Origin: an uncultured virus (IMG/VR IMGVR_UViG_3300008266_010073)
Taxonomy: Duplodnaviria > Heunggongvirae > Uroviricota > Caudoviricetes
Length of the DNA stretch: 64,000 nt
Virus record (IMG/VR): IMGVR_UViG_3300008266_010073
Direction: 5' to 3' (one strand)
Made by a program: the position numbers and the translations under genes. The notes beneath the pieces are model-generated. The model was given only the letters and a program-made list of their open reading frames with translations. It ran no database searches and was not told the DNA's origin. Positions within the stretch are counted from its first letter, which is position 1; every line of letters starts with the position of its first letter. Shown here in pieces: positions 40,924-51,252 of the stretch.

Positions 40924-41679
40924 ATGAGTAAATTGACAGATCGAGTTGACAATCAAAACATTATTAATTTAGCACGAAAACAATACGAAACCGAACAAAA
41001 AAGCAAATTGCCTTCGGTTATTGTTCCATTATCAAGCGGAGGAAAAATATATCCGCAATCATCCATTTTAAGTTCTGGCACCGTAGAAATGCGTTACATG
41101 ACTGCATATGATGAAGATATTTTAACTAATGCATCTTACATACAAAACGGCGTAGTATTTGATAAATTGTTAGAATCTGTAATATTACCTCCAGTAAATG
41201 TATCAGAAATATCTATTGTAGACAAATTAGGATTAATTATCAATGCTAGAATATTAGCATATGGCTCAGATTATGAAGTAGTCGTAACAGATCCAAAAAC
41301 AAACAATGATATTACTAGAACTGTAGATTTAAAAACTTTAAAACCAAGGACATTTTCTTTGCAACCAAATGAAGCAGGAGAATTTTCATTTAAAACAGAT
41401 ACTCACACTATATGGTTTCATTATCCAACAAAAGATTCTGTAGAAGATACTATATCTGGATATTTAAAAAACATTATAACACAAGTAAATGATTCTCGTG
41501 ATAAATCTGTTATTGAAAATTTTATTCGTTATGAATTTTTATCATTAGATTCAAAACGTTTTCGAAAATATGTTTCGGATAACACACCTGGTTTAGATTT
41601 AACAGTTGAAATTGAAGGTGAAGATGGGAGCACCTTCACTACCGGGTTTCCGATCGGACCACAACTTTTTTGGTTTTAA
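40924..41679 (+). CDS. Baseplate hub/tail assembly chaperone (T4 gp26-like)
   Basis: LSSGGKIY, MRYMTAYDEDIL, ARILAYGSDY, TPGLDL pattern; between tube and tape measure. Confidence 0.7.
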   Translation: MSKLTDRVDNQNIINLARKQYETEQKSKLPSVIVPLSSGGKIYPQSSILSSGTVEMRYMTAYDEDILTNASYIQNGVVFDKLLESVILPPVNVSEISIVDKLGLIINARILAYGSDYEVVVTDPKTNNDITRTVDLKTLKPRTFSLQPNEAGEFSFKTDTHTIWFHYPTKDSVEDTISGYLKNIITQVNDSRDKSVIENFIRYEFLSLDSKRFRKYVSDNTPGLDLTVEIEGEDGSTFTTGFPIGPQLFWF

Positions 41680-41893
41680 TCCAAAAGATCGTGTAGCCAT
41701 GCACGACAATCTTTTTAATTTATTATGGCACGGTGAAGGTCGATGGCATTGGAATGATATATATTATATGCCCGTACATATTCGTACGCACTGGACTCGT
41801 CGCATAAATAAAATCTTAAAAGAACGAGAAGAATATGCAGAATCTGTTCTACAAGCTCAACAAAATGCAAAACGCAAAAGTAACAGGCGTTAA
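41668..41893 (+). CDS. Tail chaperone C-terminal extension (gp51-like/GT-like), probably reached by +1 frameshift; otherwise starts at ATG 41699
   Basis: Open +1 frame overlapping the end of the upstream gene; WNDIYYMPVHIR motif; no SD before ATG 41699. Confidence 0.6.
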
Positions 41894-41905
41894 TATTTAT
41901 AATAA

Positions 41906-43669
41906 ATGATAAAGAACTCACAATATGATTTAATTCTGCGTTTAAAACAACAAGCTCGGCATGGTATGGCAGACACTCCAAATAATGATAATCCATATAA
42001 TAATCCGTTAAATATCGATTGGAATACAGTAACTGACAGTGGCAAAGCTTTTTTAGATTTAATTAAAACTTTAACAACAGCTGTTGATAATTTTGGTTCT
42101 GCTTTTGATAAATTGAATAAAGGATTTGCAACCTCACTTGGTATACAAACAATTGCAAAACGTGTAAGTTCATTAGGCGATGCATATACAGAGGCTACAA
42201 AAGATGCATTAGCATTAGAAAATCGAAATAAACAATTAAATAAAGGTTTTGGTATAACAACTGCAGCTGCAGCAAAACTATCAGAAAATTTACAAAAAGT
42301 AGCATCTACTTATAAATTTACTAGTCAACAAAGTATGCAGTATGCCGTTGGTATTAAAAAAATGCTACCAACGTTTAATCAAACAGCTAATACTAATACT
42401 GAATTTTATGCAAGTTTACAAAAAGTTCAAGATATAACAAGAACTAATTTAGGATTATCTGAAGAACAAGCAAATTCATATACACAATATGCAGCTTCAC
42501 AAAATGAAAGTGCTGATGCATCATTACGAGTAGCACAAGCTGTAGCAAAAGCATTTGGTGATGAATCGGGAGATTTAGGTTATTTTTCAATGATAACTAC
42601 CGAAATAGCTGGATTATCTGAAGACATACAATTACAATATGGAAAGGTTCCTGGAAATTTAGAAACAGCTGTAATTAAAGCAAAAAAATTCGGACTTTCA
42701 ATTGAACAAATTGCTAAAGCATCTAGTGACATGTTACAGATTGAAACTAGCATCGGACAAGAATTAGAATATCAATTACTAAGTGGTCGTCGATTAGTTG
42801 ATAGTTCTGGTAAGAGTTTAACTAACACGTTCCGAGAGGCAGCATTGCGTGGTGATATGAATGCACAAGCAGATGCAATGAATAAAATCTTAGAACAGGA
42901 AGGTGAAACTTTAGAAAACAATTTGTTTGCTCGTAAACAGATGGCTGAATTATTAGGAATGGATGAAAAATCATTATCATCTGCCCTACAGAAGAAAAAA
43001 ATATTAGATAAAGCTGCAGCTTCTGGTATTACTATAGATTTAAATGGATCAAATGCATTAGAACAAGCTGCTGCAGCAGTAGAAGCTGGAGCTTTAAGTC
43101 CAGCAGATTTTGAATCACTTAAAAATGCAACTGATACTCGTTCAACAGAAGATTTATTAAAACAAATTTTAGATGTTGAACAAGAAACATTATTTGCTAC
43201 AGTATTAGGAAATCAACAACAAATAATTTCTGCAACTAAATCTGGTATTACAGGCGGCGCTAAAGAATTATTAAAAAACTTAGGCATATCCGATGAAATG
43301 ATTAATGCTGTAGGCACCGCGCAAACAATAAAAAATGTATTAAAAGCAGGATCTGATGCAAAAACAGGAATAAAAGGCGGAACCGGAAAAGGACTCCCAG
43401 GATCAGACCAAGTTAATCAATTAGATGGTAGCGATGTAGTAATACCACCAGGGTCTTCAAAAGCAATTTTAATGGGCCCTGATCAAATTAATTTACGTGA
43501 TGATGATATGGTTATTGCTGGCACAAACTTAGGTGGTACTGGAGGTAATAATACAAACATGCAAACATTTGCAAACATGATAGTTGCTGCAATTAACAAT
43601 CAAACAGCACAATTAAAACAAAACGATCGTTTATTTGGTGGCGGAATGAATGCACCTTATTACGGATAA
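41906..43669 (+). CDS. Tape measure protein
   Basis: 587 aa Ala/Leu/Gln-rich helical protein after tube and chaperone; alternative start ATG 41966. Confidence 0.75.
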   Translation: MIKNSQYDLILRLKQQARHGMADTPNNDNPYNNPLNIDWNTVTDSGKAFLDLIKTLTTAVDNFGSAFDKLNKGFATSLGIQTIAKRVSSLGDAYTEATKDALALENRNKQLNKGFGITTAAAAKLSENLQKVASTYKFTSQQSMQYAVGIKKMLPTFNQTANTNTEFYASLQKVQDITRTNLGLSEEQANSYTQYAASQNESADASLRVAQAVAKAFGDESGDLGYFSMITTEIAGLSEDIQLQYGKVPGNLETAVIKAKKFGLSIEQIAKASSDMLQIETSIGQELEYQLLSGRRLVDSSGKSLTNTFREAALRGDMNAQADAMNKILEQEGETLENNLFARKQMAELLGMDEKSLSSALQKKKILDKAAASGITIDLNGSNALEQAAAAVEAGALSPADFESLKNATDTRSTEDLLKQILDVEQETLFATVLGNQQQIISATKSGITGGAKELLKNLGISDEMINAVGTAQTIKNVLKAGSDAKTGIKGGTGKGLPGSDQVNQLDGSDVVIPPGSSKAILMGPDQINLRDDDMVIAGTNLGGTGGNNTNMQTFANMIVAAINNQTAQLKQNDRLFGGGMNAPYYG

Positions 43670-43680
43670 TGGAGTAAAAT

Positions 43681-45354
43681 ATGAGTAATCCAACATTAGG
43701 AAATCAATCACAATTTACGGCTCCATTTAATATATTACCGGATGTAATATATACAAATCCTACTGCAAACACCGCACAATTCAAAGCTCCATATCCGCCT
43801 ATAGGTCCACCTAGAACATACGTCAATCCTACTAGAAATAATCCACAATTTATTTCTACATATACAGCATTTTCTGGATATTATACTGGAAATCCATATA
43901 ATACCGTTAAAGATTTACCGAGAATTGCAGACAGAGCAATGCCGGTATATGATGGGAATAGTGAATTTTTTAAATCTTCATTCATTAGAAATAGTTCTAA
44001 CGGAAAAGTATGGACTGCAATGACCCCAGAAGCATCAAATATTACTTTAAGTTCTATAGGTGCAAGTGCATTGAGTTTAGCCGGCAGTGCTGTTGCTAGT
44101 TTAGTAGGAATACCACAACTTTCACAAGCAGTAAATTCATTTATAGGACCGCAGACATCAACATACGCAACATTAACTGCCAATCAAACTAAACCTATTC
44201 CTGGAGTAAAATATGCCGATTTTAGAAATCGCAGAGTTATTGAAAATCCGGGAGCAGCAACGTTGTTAAGATTAGATGGCGCTGCTGCATTTACTAGAAC
44301 TGGAAATGCACGTACCGGATTGTTTGCAGCTGCTAGTGCAAATCCGTTAGGCGGTGCGTATGCTGTATTTAATTTAGATGGTGCTAGTACTACTGGATAT
44401 GGTTGGGGTAGTCATGATGCTACAACTGCTATACGAAATGATTTTACTTTGAAAAGTCATGTATCAAAACGTTGGAACAAAGATCTAAAAATATGGGAAA
44501 AGACAAAACGCTTCCCGGATCTAGGAATTCCGTTTCGAGGAGATCGTGTTAATGTTATAGATTTTGGTCAAAGAACTGAGGAGAATGCATATCGTTGGCA
44601 TTCAATTCCTGGACCATTAGGACTTACACAAGATTTTATTAAATTTTATTTTACTGGACCAAAACTTCGTCCTGGATTATATCAACCAGATGTTCGAGAA
44701 ACTACAAGTGAGCTAGATATTGATCGAAATACAACTGATGATATTATTGTATTCAGAGCTACGATTTCTAGTTTAAGTGATCAATTTAATGCACAATGGG
44801 CTGCACAAAACATGATTGGTCGAGCTGACCCTAATTATCAATACAAAGGTTTTGAACGATCTTTAAGTTTAGATTTTACTGTGTATGCAACAGATCGAGA
44901 TGAACTGCAACCTATATGGAGAAAATTAAATGCACTCGCAGGATATACAGCTCCAATTTATAATTCTGATATAACAATGGCCGGCCCATGGATGCGAATA
45001 ACAATTGGAGATTTATTTCGACAAACACCAGTAGTATTAACTGATTTAACTTATACATTGCATGATCAAGATTCTACATGGGAAACTAATATTGAAGCCG
45101 ATGTTACTAACATGCAAGTCCCACATCGTGTTGAAGTTAAATGTGGATTTAATATCATTGGAAATGAAGTTCCGCAAAATAATGGTAAATTCTATACATT
45201 GGCAAAAAGATTTGATCCTAATACAGGTGAAAGCAAAACGGGAGATGATAACTGGTTAAGCGATTTTAAAGGAAATTCTGCAGCAACCGGTTCATTGAAT
45301 GAAAGTTGGATCAAACGAGATAGAGATAAAGGAACAGTAAAGGTAACATCATGA
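43681..45354 (+). CDS. Baseplate/tail-tube initiator protein
   Basis: C-term FRATISSLSD..W....IGRADP.Y.YKGFERSLSLDF..LNAL pattern typical of tube-initiator proteins; synteny. Confidence 0.6.
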   Translation: MSNPTLGNQSQFTAPFNILPDVIYTNPTANTAQFKAPYPPIGPPRTYVNPTRNNPQFISTYTAFSGYYTGNPYNTVKDLPRIADRAMPVYDGNSEFFKSSFIRNSSNGKVWTAMTPEASNITLSSIGASALSLAGSAVASLVGIPQLSQAVNSFIGPQTSTYATLTANQTKPIPGVKYADFRNRRVIENPGAATLLRLDGAAAFTRTGNARTGLFAAASANPLGGAYAVFNLDGASTTGYGWGSHDATTAIRNDFTLKSHVSKRWNKDLKIWEKTKRFPDLGIPFRGDRVNVIDFGQRTEENAYRWHSIPGPLGLTQDFIKFYFTGPKLRPGLYQPDVRETTSELDIDRNTTDDIIVFRATISSLSDQFNAQWAAQNMIGRADPNYQYKGFERSLSLDFTVYATDRDELQPIWRKLNALAGYTAPIYNSDITMAGPWMRITIGDLFRQTPVVLTDLTYTLHDQDSTWETNIEADVTNMQVPHRVEVKCGFNIIGNEVPQNNGKFYTLAKRFDPNTGESKTGDDNWLSDFKGNSAATGSLNESWIKRDRDKGTVKVTS

Positions 45355-45647
45355 ATCGATATTCAACAACTAAAATCATTAAAACGGACTCTGGAAAACG
45401 TCGATTAGAAACAACGATATTACCTCCCGTAAATAATGGTTCTTTTATTTTAATTAGAACTACTAGTACAGAACGTTTAGATAAATTAGCACAACGTTTT
45501 TATGGAGATCCAACAGCCTGGCCAATTATTGCTGAAGCAAATGGTATTGGCAAAGGAACAATAGTAATACCTCCAAATACTAGACTACAAATTCCAACTA
45601 TAAATGATATAGATAATTTTTTAAATAATATAAATTCTAGAAGATGA
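45351..45647 (+). CDS. LysM/tail-X-like baseplate wedge protein
   Basis: ERLDKLAQRFYGDPTAWPIIAEAN..LQIP. Confidence 0.8.
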   Translation: MNRYSTTKIIKTDSGKRRLETTILPPVNNGSFILIRTTSTERLDKLAQRFYGDPTAWPIIAEANGIGKGTIVIPPNTRLQIPTINDIDNFLNNINSRR

Positions 45648-48016
45648 GTAATATATTTTATTCAAACGTTGATGCAAATTTACAAAAAGAATTAAATGCT
45701 CGAGGTAAAGCGGGTAAAGGCGATCGTAGTAATGCAGCATTAGATTTCATGTTGGGTAAGATAGCCAATGTTACAATTACGGCATATACTGGAAATTCTA
45801 GTAAAACTCCAAAAAAAGAACCATTTTCTGTTTTAGGTGGAACTACAACTCGTCAAGGAAGATTTTTACCTAATGGTTCTGCTTCTGGATCTGGGTTTAT
45901 TGATGGATTTTTAACTCCATCGGAATATACAAAAACATCATTTATATTCGATTCAAAAGAAAATAAAGTAGCTCCAAAATCAACAAAATTTATAGATGAT
46001 TCTAGAAGAACAGGACCATATATTACGCAAGTAGATGTTTCAATCGGTGATCATTCAATGGGATTACTAAACAAAGCAACTGTTGCTTTATCTATACCAA
46101 ATGTATTTCGAGATCTAGAAGATGTTGAAGATACTTGGTTTCGTCCTGGTAGATTTGTTAGTATAGAAATAGAACATCCAAGATCTGCTATTATTACTGC
46201 AAATGATTATAACATAAATCAAGAAACAACTACAAACGGTTTATTAACAAGTGGATCACTACCTAATGAAAAAGCATTACAAGAACGTTATAAAGATACT
46301 GGATGGGATTTAGATGATTTAAAGCAAGAAATACGACGAATGAATAAATTTCGTTTTGAAGGTTTAATAACATCATTCGATTTTTCATATACAGACGCCG
46401 GAACTATTGATGCTACTATAAGTTTAACAGGTACTAGCAATGTATTTACAGATATATCAATGTTTATGCCTCCTGCAACAAAACAAACCGATGTTAAAAA
46501 ACAACAAACAGATATTGGCATTAATCCTAATTACAATACAGAAAAACTGCAAGAACAATCTAACACAAAAGATGATTTACCACCAAAGAGTGAATTTTTC
46601 AATGATTTAGAAAGTATAATAAAATCATCTATATCAAAGTTTAATCCAGATAATGCAGGTTCAGGAATTATACGTTTTGAAAATTTAGCCGGCGAACAAG
46701 CAGTAACCGATCATTTTATATTATACGGCCAACCATATAGACCAGATTTAAATGATGCAGCAATCAAAAATTTTTTAGAACAAGAAAAAACATCTAGATC
46801 ATCATTAACAGGATCAGCTGCAGTAACACAATCATTGCAATTAGCAACTCGTATTTCAGAAAATGATCAATCAGAAACTAATGTATCATTTTATCATAGA
46901 TATATAACATTAGGTTCATTAATTTCATTTACGAATCAATTTATTACTTCTAAAGTTTCTGGATCGGTTGAGTTTCCTAGAATATTATGTGATGATTTAA
47001 CTGCATTTAGTAATTATTTGCCTAATTTAACATCATGCATTCCTAATGAAATTTTATTTTTGCCAGCAGATCCGAATCAAGAAAATGGAATGAATCATTA
47101 TGGTGATTTAGCATATTATGGAGATATTAAAACTGTCGATGGATCTACATGGCCAGGAGTGCACTCTCAAACAACAAATAATACGGATCCTGTTATTTAT
47201 CCATCTAGAATTTTTATTAATATAGAATTCATACAAAAAGTATTAAATGATTTATCTGCAACAAATACTAGAAACTTTACATTAAAAAATTTCTTAGCAA
47301 CAATTTCTGCAAGAATTGCATATGCATCTGGAGACTCTATAGATCTAAAATTAAGAACAGATCCAGATTTTTTAAATAAAATGTATTTTTCTGATACTAA
47401 ATATATTAAAACTTCAAAAACAGGTCAAGTTACGCGTGTAGAACCATATTCGGTACCAATGCTAGCAAATCATCCTAATGGTACCGTAGTTCGAGAATTT
47501 CAATTTAAAGCACGATTACCAGAATCAGTTAAAAATTTATCTTATGTATTAAACAGTGGAAATGAAGTTACTGAAGAACAGATTGCTCCATATATGAATT
47601 TTATGTATAATTCTAAAGATGAAGTTGCTATAAATAAAGCTATATCAAAATATAAAAATAATCATGAAAATGTATTAAAAACATTGAGTGAGACTAGAAA
47701 AAACTTAAGTTTATCACCAAATGAACCAGAATTTATTGGTGCATTAAATCGAGCTTTAAAAAGTTATATAAAATTTCCAACTGATGATATAACAAAATCA
47801 CAACAAATTACAGCTCCATTATTTCCATTTGAAGTTGAATTTACTATTGATGGTATAAATGGATTGCGTTATGGAGATGTTTTAACATTTGATGGATTAC
47901 CGTTGCGATATCGTGTACATACGGTGTTTAGTATAATTAGTATTACACATAATGTTACTACAGATGGGGATTGGACAACTAATGTTAGATGTATAATGAG
48001 GCCTAGTATAGAATAA
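45644..48016 (+). CDS. Baseplate hub protein (gp27/gpD-like, putative)
   Basis: GLITSFDFS, TIDGINGLRYGD, SITHNV..WTT pattern; synteny. Confidence 0.55.
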   Translation: MSNIFYSNVDANLQKELNARGKAGKGDRSNAALDFMLGKIANVTITAYTGNSSKTPKKEPFSVLGGTTTRQGRFLPNGSASGSGFIDGFLTPSEYTKTSFIFDSKENKVAPKSTKFIDDSRRTGPYITQVDVSIGDHSMGLLNKATVALSIPNVFRDLEDVEDTWFRPGRFVSIEIEHPRSAIITANDYNINQETTTNGLLTSGSLPNEKALQERYKDTGWDLDDLKQEIRRMNKFRFEGLITSFDFSYTDAGTIDATISLTGTSNVFTDISMFMPPATKQTDVKKQQTDIGINPNYNTEKLQEQSNTKDDLPPKSEFFNDLESIIKSSISKFNPDNAGSGIIRFENLAGEQAVTDHFILYGQPYRPDLNDAAIKNFLEQEKTSRSSLTGSAAVTQSLQLATRISENDQSETNVSFYHRYITLGSLISFTNQFITSKVSGSVEFPRILCDDLTAFSNYLPNLTSCIPNEILFLPADPNQENGMNHYGDLAYYGDIKTVDGSTWPGVHSQTTNNTDPVIYPSRIFINIEFIQKVLNDLSATNTRNFTLKNFLATISARIAYASGDSIDLKLRTDPDFLNKMYFSDTKYIKTSKTGQVTRVEPYSVPMLANHPNGTVVREFQFKARLPESVKNLSYVLNSGNEVTEEQIAPYMNFMYNSKDEVAINKAISKYKNNHENVLKTLSETRKNLSLSPNEPEFIGALNRALKSYIKFPTDDITKSQQITAPLFPFEVEFTIDGINGLRYGDVLTFDGLPLRYRVHTVFSIISITHNVTTDGDWTTNVRCIMRPSIE

Positions 48017-48018
48017 GT

Positions 48019-48630
48019 ATGAGAATCAAGTCGTATTATATGCCAGATGAAATTACTACCAATTTACATACAAATGGTAAGGAGTGGCAAACTGAAGATG
48101 GAACAGAATATCGCGGAGCGTATCATAAATATATAACTAAAGAAGTATATACTGGTGCTACGTGGAATGCAAAAACATCTAAAAAATTAGTACCATATGT
48201 TGAAGATACTCGAGATACAACATATATCAAACTTAAAACTAGATTAAAAACTAAATACATAACTCCGCAAGTAATACCACCAACCGTAACAGTGCAAGAT
48301 AGATCTGCTGGATTTATAACTAGATATTTTATTAAAAAAGTTAATGAACAATTAATCATAGAAGTAAATAAATTGCAATATGATGCTTGGAAATCTCAAG
48401 TTATAGATCCTAATGTATATCAAGCAATTGAAATCAAATGGAGCATTGCAGGAAACATTGATGATACAAAATCATCACGCGGAATTAATGTACCTGGAGT
48501 TCAATCACAAAATTTAGCACAAATTCGTTTTGCAGAACAACAGATGCCAGGAATTGGTGCCGTACTAACAAATCCATTGCAATATTATACTGATACTGAT
48601 TTTAAAACACCAGCAGATATTAATGCATAA
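48019..48630 (+). CDS. Hypothetical baseplate-region protein
   Basis: ORF track; end of the structural operon. Confidence 0.6.
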   Translation: MRIKSYYMPDEITTNLHTNGKEWQTEDGTEYRGAYHKYITKEVYTGATWNAKTSKKLVPYVEDTRDTTYIKLKTRLKTKYITPQVIPPTVTVQDRSAGFITRYFIKKVNEQLIIEVNKLQYDAWKSQVIDPNVYQAIEIKWSIAGNIDDTKSSRGINVPGVQSQNLAQIRFAEQQMPGIGAVLTNPLQYYTDTDFKTPADINA

Positions 48631-48667
48631 ACTTGTTTATATGAAATTTTTTTCATATATTTAAAGT

Positions 48668-49990
48668 ATGATACTGGATCACGCAGAAGAAATCGATGCA
48701 TTGCTACAATGTATTGCTGATAAGCGTACGCTGATTGTTCCGGTACTGGCCAGTCCGATACTGCACCCCGTAACAAATACAGTTATTGCATTGTATGTAT
48801 ATACAGAAGATGATGTAGAGCGTCTAGTTCCATTTCGTCATACTGAACAACTAAGGGGCTTTCCAGAACATTTGTCCCGGTTTTTGCAATTGGAGAATAT
48901 CTTTGTTCATGACAAAAAGACCTGGCTTCAAATCGGAGGAAATGGGGCTGTATGGGATATTAAAACATTGTGGTGGTATACTTACGGAGAAGCTTATGAT
49001 GAATCTCATTATCCTACTGCAGCACATACATTTTATTGGCGGCGGCATTCTGCATTGCCACACGTTAATAGCATAGTTCCTTTGCAACAACATTTAGCAA
49101 TGTGTCAAAAAATTCGTCATTATGCCTGGCCTATGTGTATGAATGCAGAACTATCAGATTCATATCAAAGATTCAATGCAACATATCCAGACGTATTTGC
49201 TGCAATAGAAAGCAACGGATTACAAGTTACAGAAGATTTTAGAATGCCTGATCTAATAACAGATGGATTTGTGTATTCACAATACAATTATCATACCGTA
49301 ACGGGTCGACCTAGTAACGCATACAGAGGTTTTAATTTTGCGGCCATGAACAAAGAAGATGGTACTAGATCTGCATTTTGTAGTAGATTTCCTAACGGCG
49401 CACTTGTTGAAATGGATTTTGATTCATATCACGTTAGATTGATTGCACGGATAATTGGATACAAGTTACCAACAACATCTATACATGATTATTTAGGACA
49501 ATATTATTTCGGTGCATCAGAATTAACTGATGAACAACGCAATGAAAGCAAATCCATAACATTTCGTTTGCTGTATGGAGGAATAGATTCAGAATTTTTA
49601 ACTATTCCATTCTTTCGAGAAGTAAATGATTATGTATATAAACTATGGGCTAAATGGAAGGCTTCGGGTTGCATTGAAACACCAATAACACGTAGAAAAA
49701 TATGCAAAGATGTTGTGCAAAACATGACAGCAAATAAATTGTTTAATTACTATTTACAAGCCGTTGAGACAGAAGTATCAGTGCAAAAATTAAAACGATT
49801 GCAAACATATTTACAAGACTTTGCAAGTTGCATAATTTTATATACATATGACTCAATATTAATTGATGTAGAATATTCGGAAGCCACACGAATATTGCCG
49901 GAGATAAAACAGCTGTTAGAAGATGGAGATTTTCCGGTAAAAGTAAAAGTGGGCAATATTTATGATAAAATGAAAACTATATCTTTATGA
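48668..49990 (+). CDS. Compact family-A DNA polymerase-like protein
   Basis: TVTGRPS, motif A EMDFDSYHVRL, motif B RNESKSITFRLLYGG, NYYLQ, motif C YTYDSILID. Confidence 0.8.
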   Translation: MILDHAEEIDALLQCIADKRTLIVPVLASPILHPVTNTVIALYVYTEDDVERLVPFRHTEQLRGFPEHLSRFLQLENIFVHDKKTWLQIGGNGAVWDIKTLWWYTYGEAYDESHYPTAAHTFYWRRHSALPHVNSIVPLQQHLAMCQKIRHYAWPMCMNAELSDSYQRFNATYPDVFAAIESNGLQVTEDFRMPDLITDGFVYSQYNYHTVTGRPSNAYRGFNFAAMNKEDGTRSAFCSRFPNGALVEMDFDSYHVRLIARIIGYKLPTTSIHDYLGQYYFGASELTDEQRNESKSITFRLLYGGIDSEFLTIPFFREVNDYVYKLWAKWKASGCIETPITRRKICKDVVQNMTANKLFNYYLQAVETEVSVQKLKRLQTYLQDFASCIILYTYDSILIDVEYSEATRILPEIKQLLEDGDFPVKVKVGNIYDKMKTISL

Positions 49991-51243
49991 CCATAGATTC
50001 AATACTAGTAGAATGGAGTTACAGATTACCGAAAGGTTATCCTACTAGACCTAAAGATTATGAAATGTTATATCATGTTATTTTGGAAATGACTGATTTA
50101 ACGCCATTAGAAGCAAGAGTCGTAGTTAATAAAGCTCAAGGTATAATAACAGAGCAAGTAGAATTTTCTCAATTAAATTTATCTGATGATTTAACACAAC
50201 AAATATTAGATCGCTACGAAGATTTGTCCCCGGAAGAAAAAATAGAATTTGATAAAAATTATCGTCAGCATACTATTGATTCATTTATGTCTACCGGTTA
50301 TAAAGCATTTACTAAATTTTATGATATATTACCTACCGGCAAATCTGCTGCTGGAATGGGTAAAGGTGAAATACAAATATTATTAGCAGTAAAAGATTCA
50401 CAACCTGGTGGAACGGCATCTCATGATATTATTATGCCTGGCGGAGAATGGGAAGTTAAAGAAATTGGTAAGCTACCTAGATTAACTAAATCAGGTGAAA
50501 TGGGTAAAGCTCCCGAAGGAAAAACTTTTCGACCAGCAAAAGCAGGAATGCCAATTGATGGTGATTTATTAACATATACCACAAATTTTTTCAATGATAT
50601 TATAAAACCATTAACTGCAATGGGAGATTCATTTGAAGAATTAAAAGATTTAGTAGATCCACATTCATGGAAACAACTAAATGATTTGATTCAAGTATTA
50701 GAAAAAATATTTGTTCCATTAATGGATAACGTTTCTAGCAATGAATTAAGTTATAAAAGCGGATGGTCACAACTATATAAAGGGTGGCAACTACTGCATG
50801 AAATTTTATGGAAATCTGATTTAGATACTGATATACGAGATACTCGTTTAACAATAAAAACTGGAAATCAAACAATATCATATTGGATAACATCTGATGA
50901 TTTTGATAAAATACAACGAGGTTCTGGCGATGAAACTGAAGTTTCTATTAAAATAGGTCAACAAATTAGTAATGAAACTAATAATGCTGCAATTTGGTTT
51001 AATAAATTAAAACATAATGATTTAGTACTAGATCCAAACATTATGATTAAATTATTAAATACAACAAAAAATAAATTCTTTGAAGAAATTTTAGGACTTA
51101 TTGCATATGATGTAAATAATCCTGGAATTCCAATTGTAACTATAGCATCAGAATGGTCAATTATAGGATTATCTCAAGGAATGTGGGTATTTGGATTAAA
51201 ATCTGCATATCCTAAATATGAATTTATACAACTTCAATCTTAA
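49987..51243 (+). CDS. Late protein with putative PD-(D/E)xK nuclease-like domain
   Basis: GKGE...HDII...WEVKE; late-like motif AATATTTATG 49955-49964; IITE site after N-terminal leader. Confidence 0.5.
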   Translation: MTIDSILVEWSYRLPKGYPTRPKDYEMLYHVILEMTDLTPLEARVVVNKAQGIITEQVEFSQLNLSDDLTQQILDRYEDLSPEEKIEFDKNYRQHTIDSFMSTGYKAFTKFYDILPTGKSAAGMGKGEIQILLAVKDSQPGGTASHDIIMPGGEWEVKEIGKLPRLTKSGEMGKAPEGKTFRPAKAGMPIDGDLLTYTTNFFNDIIKPLTAMGDSFEELKDLVDPHSWKQLNDLIQVLEKIFVPLMDNVSSNELSYKSGWSQLYKGWQLLHEILWKSDLDTDIRDTRLTIKTGNQTISYWITSDDFDKIQRGSGDETEVSIKIGQQISNETNNAAIWFNKLKHNDLVLDPNIMIKLLNTTKNKFFEEILGLIAYDVNNPGIPIVTIASEWSIIGLSQGMWVFGLKSAYPKYEFIQLQS

Positions 51244-51252
51244 GGACATGAT

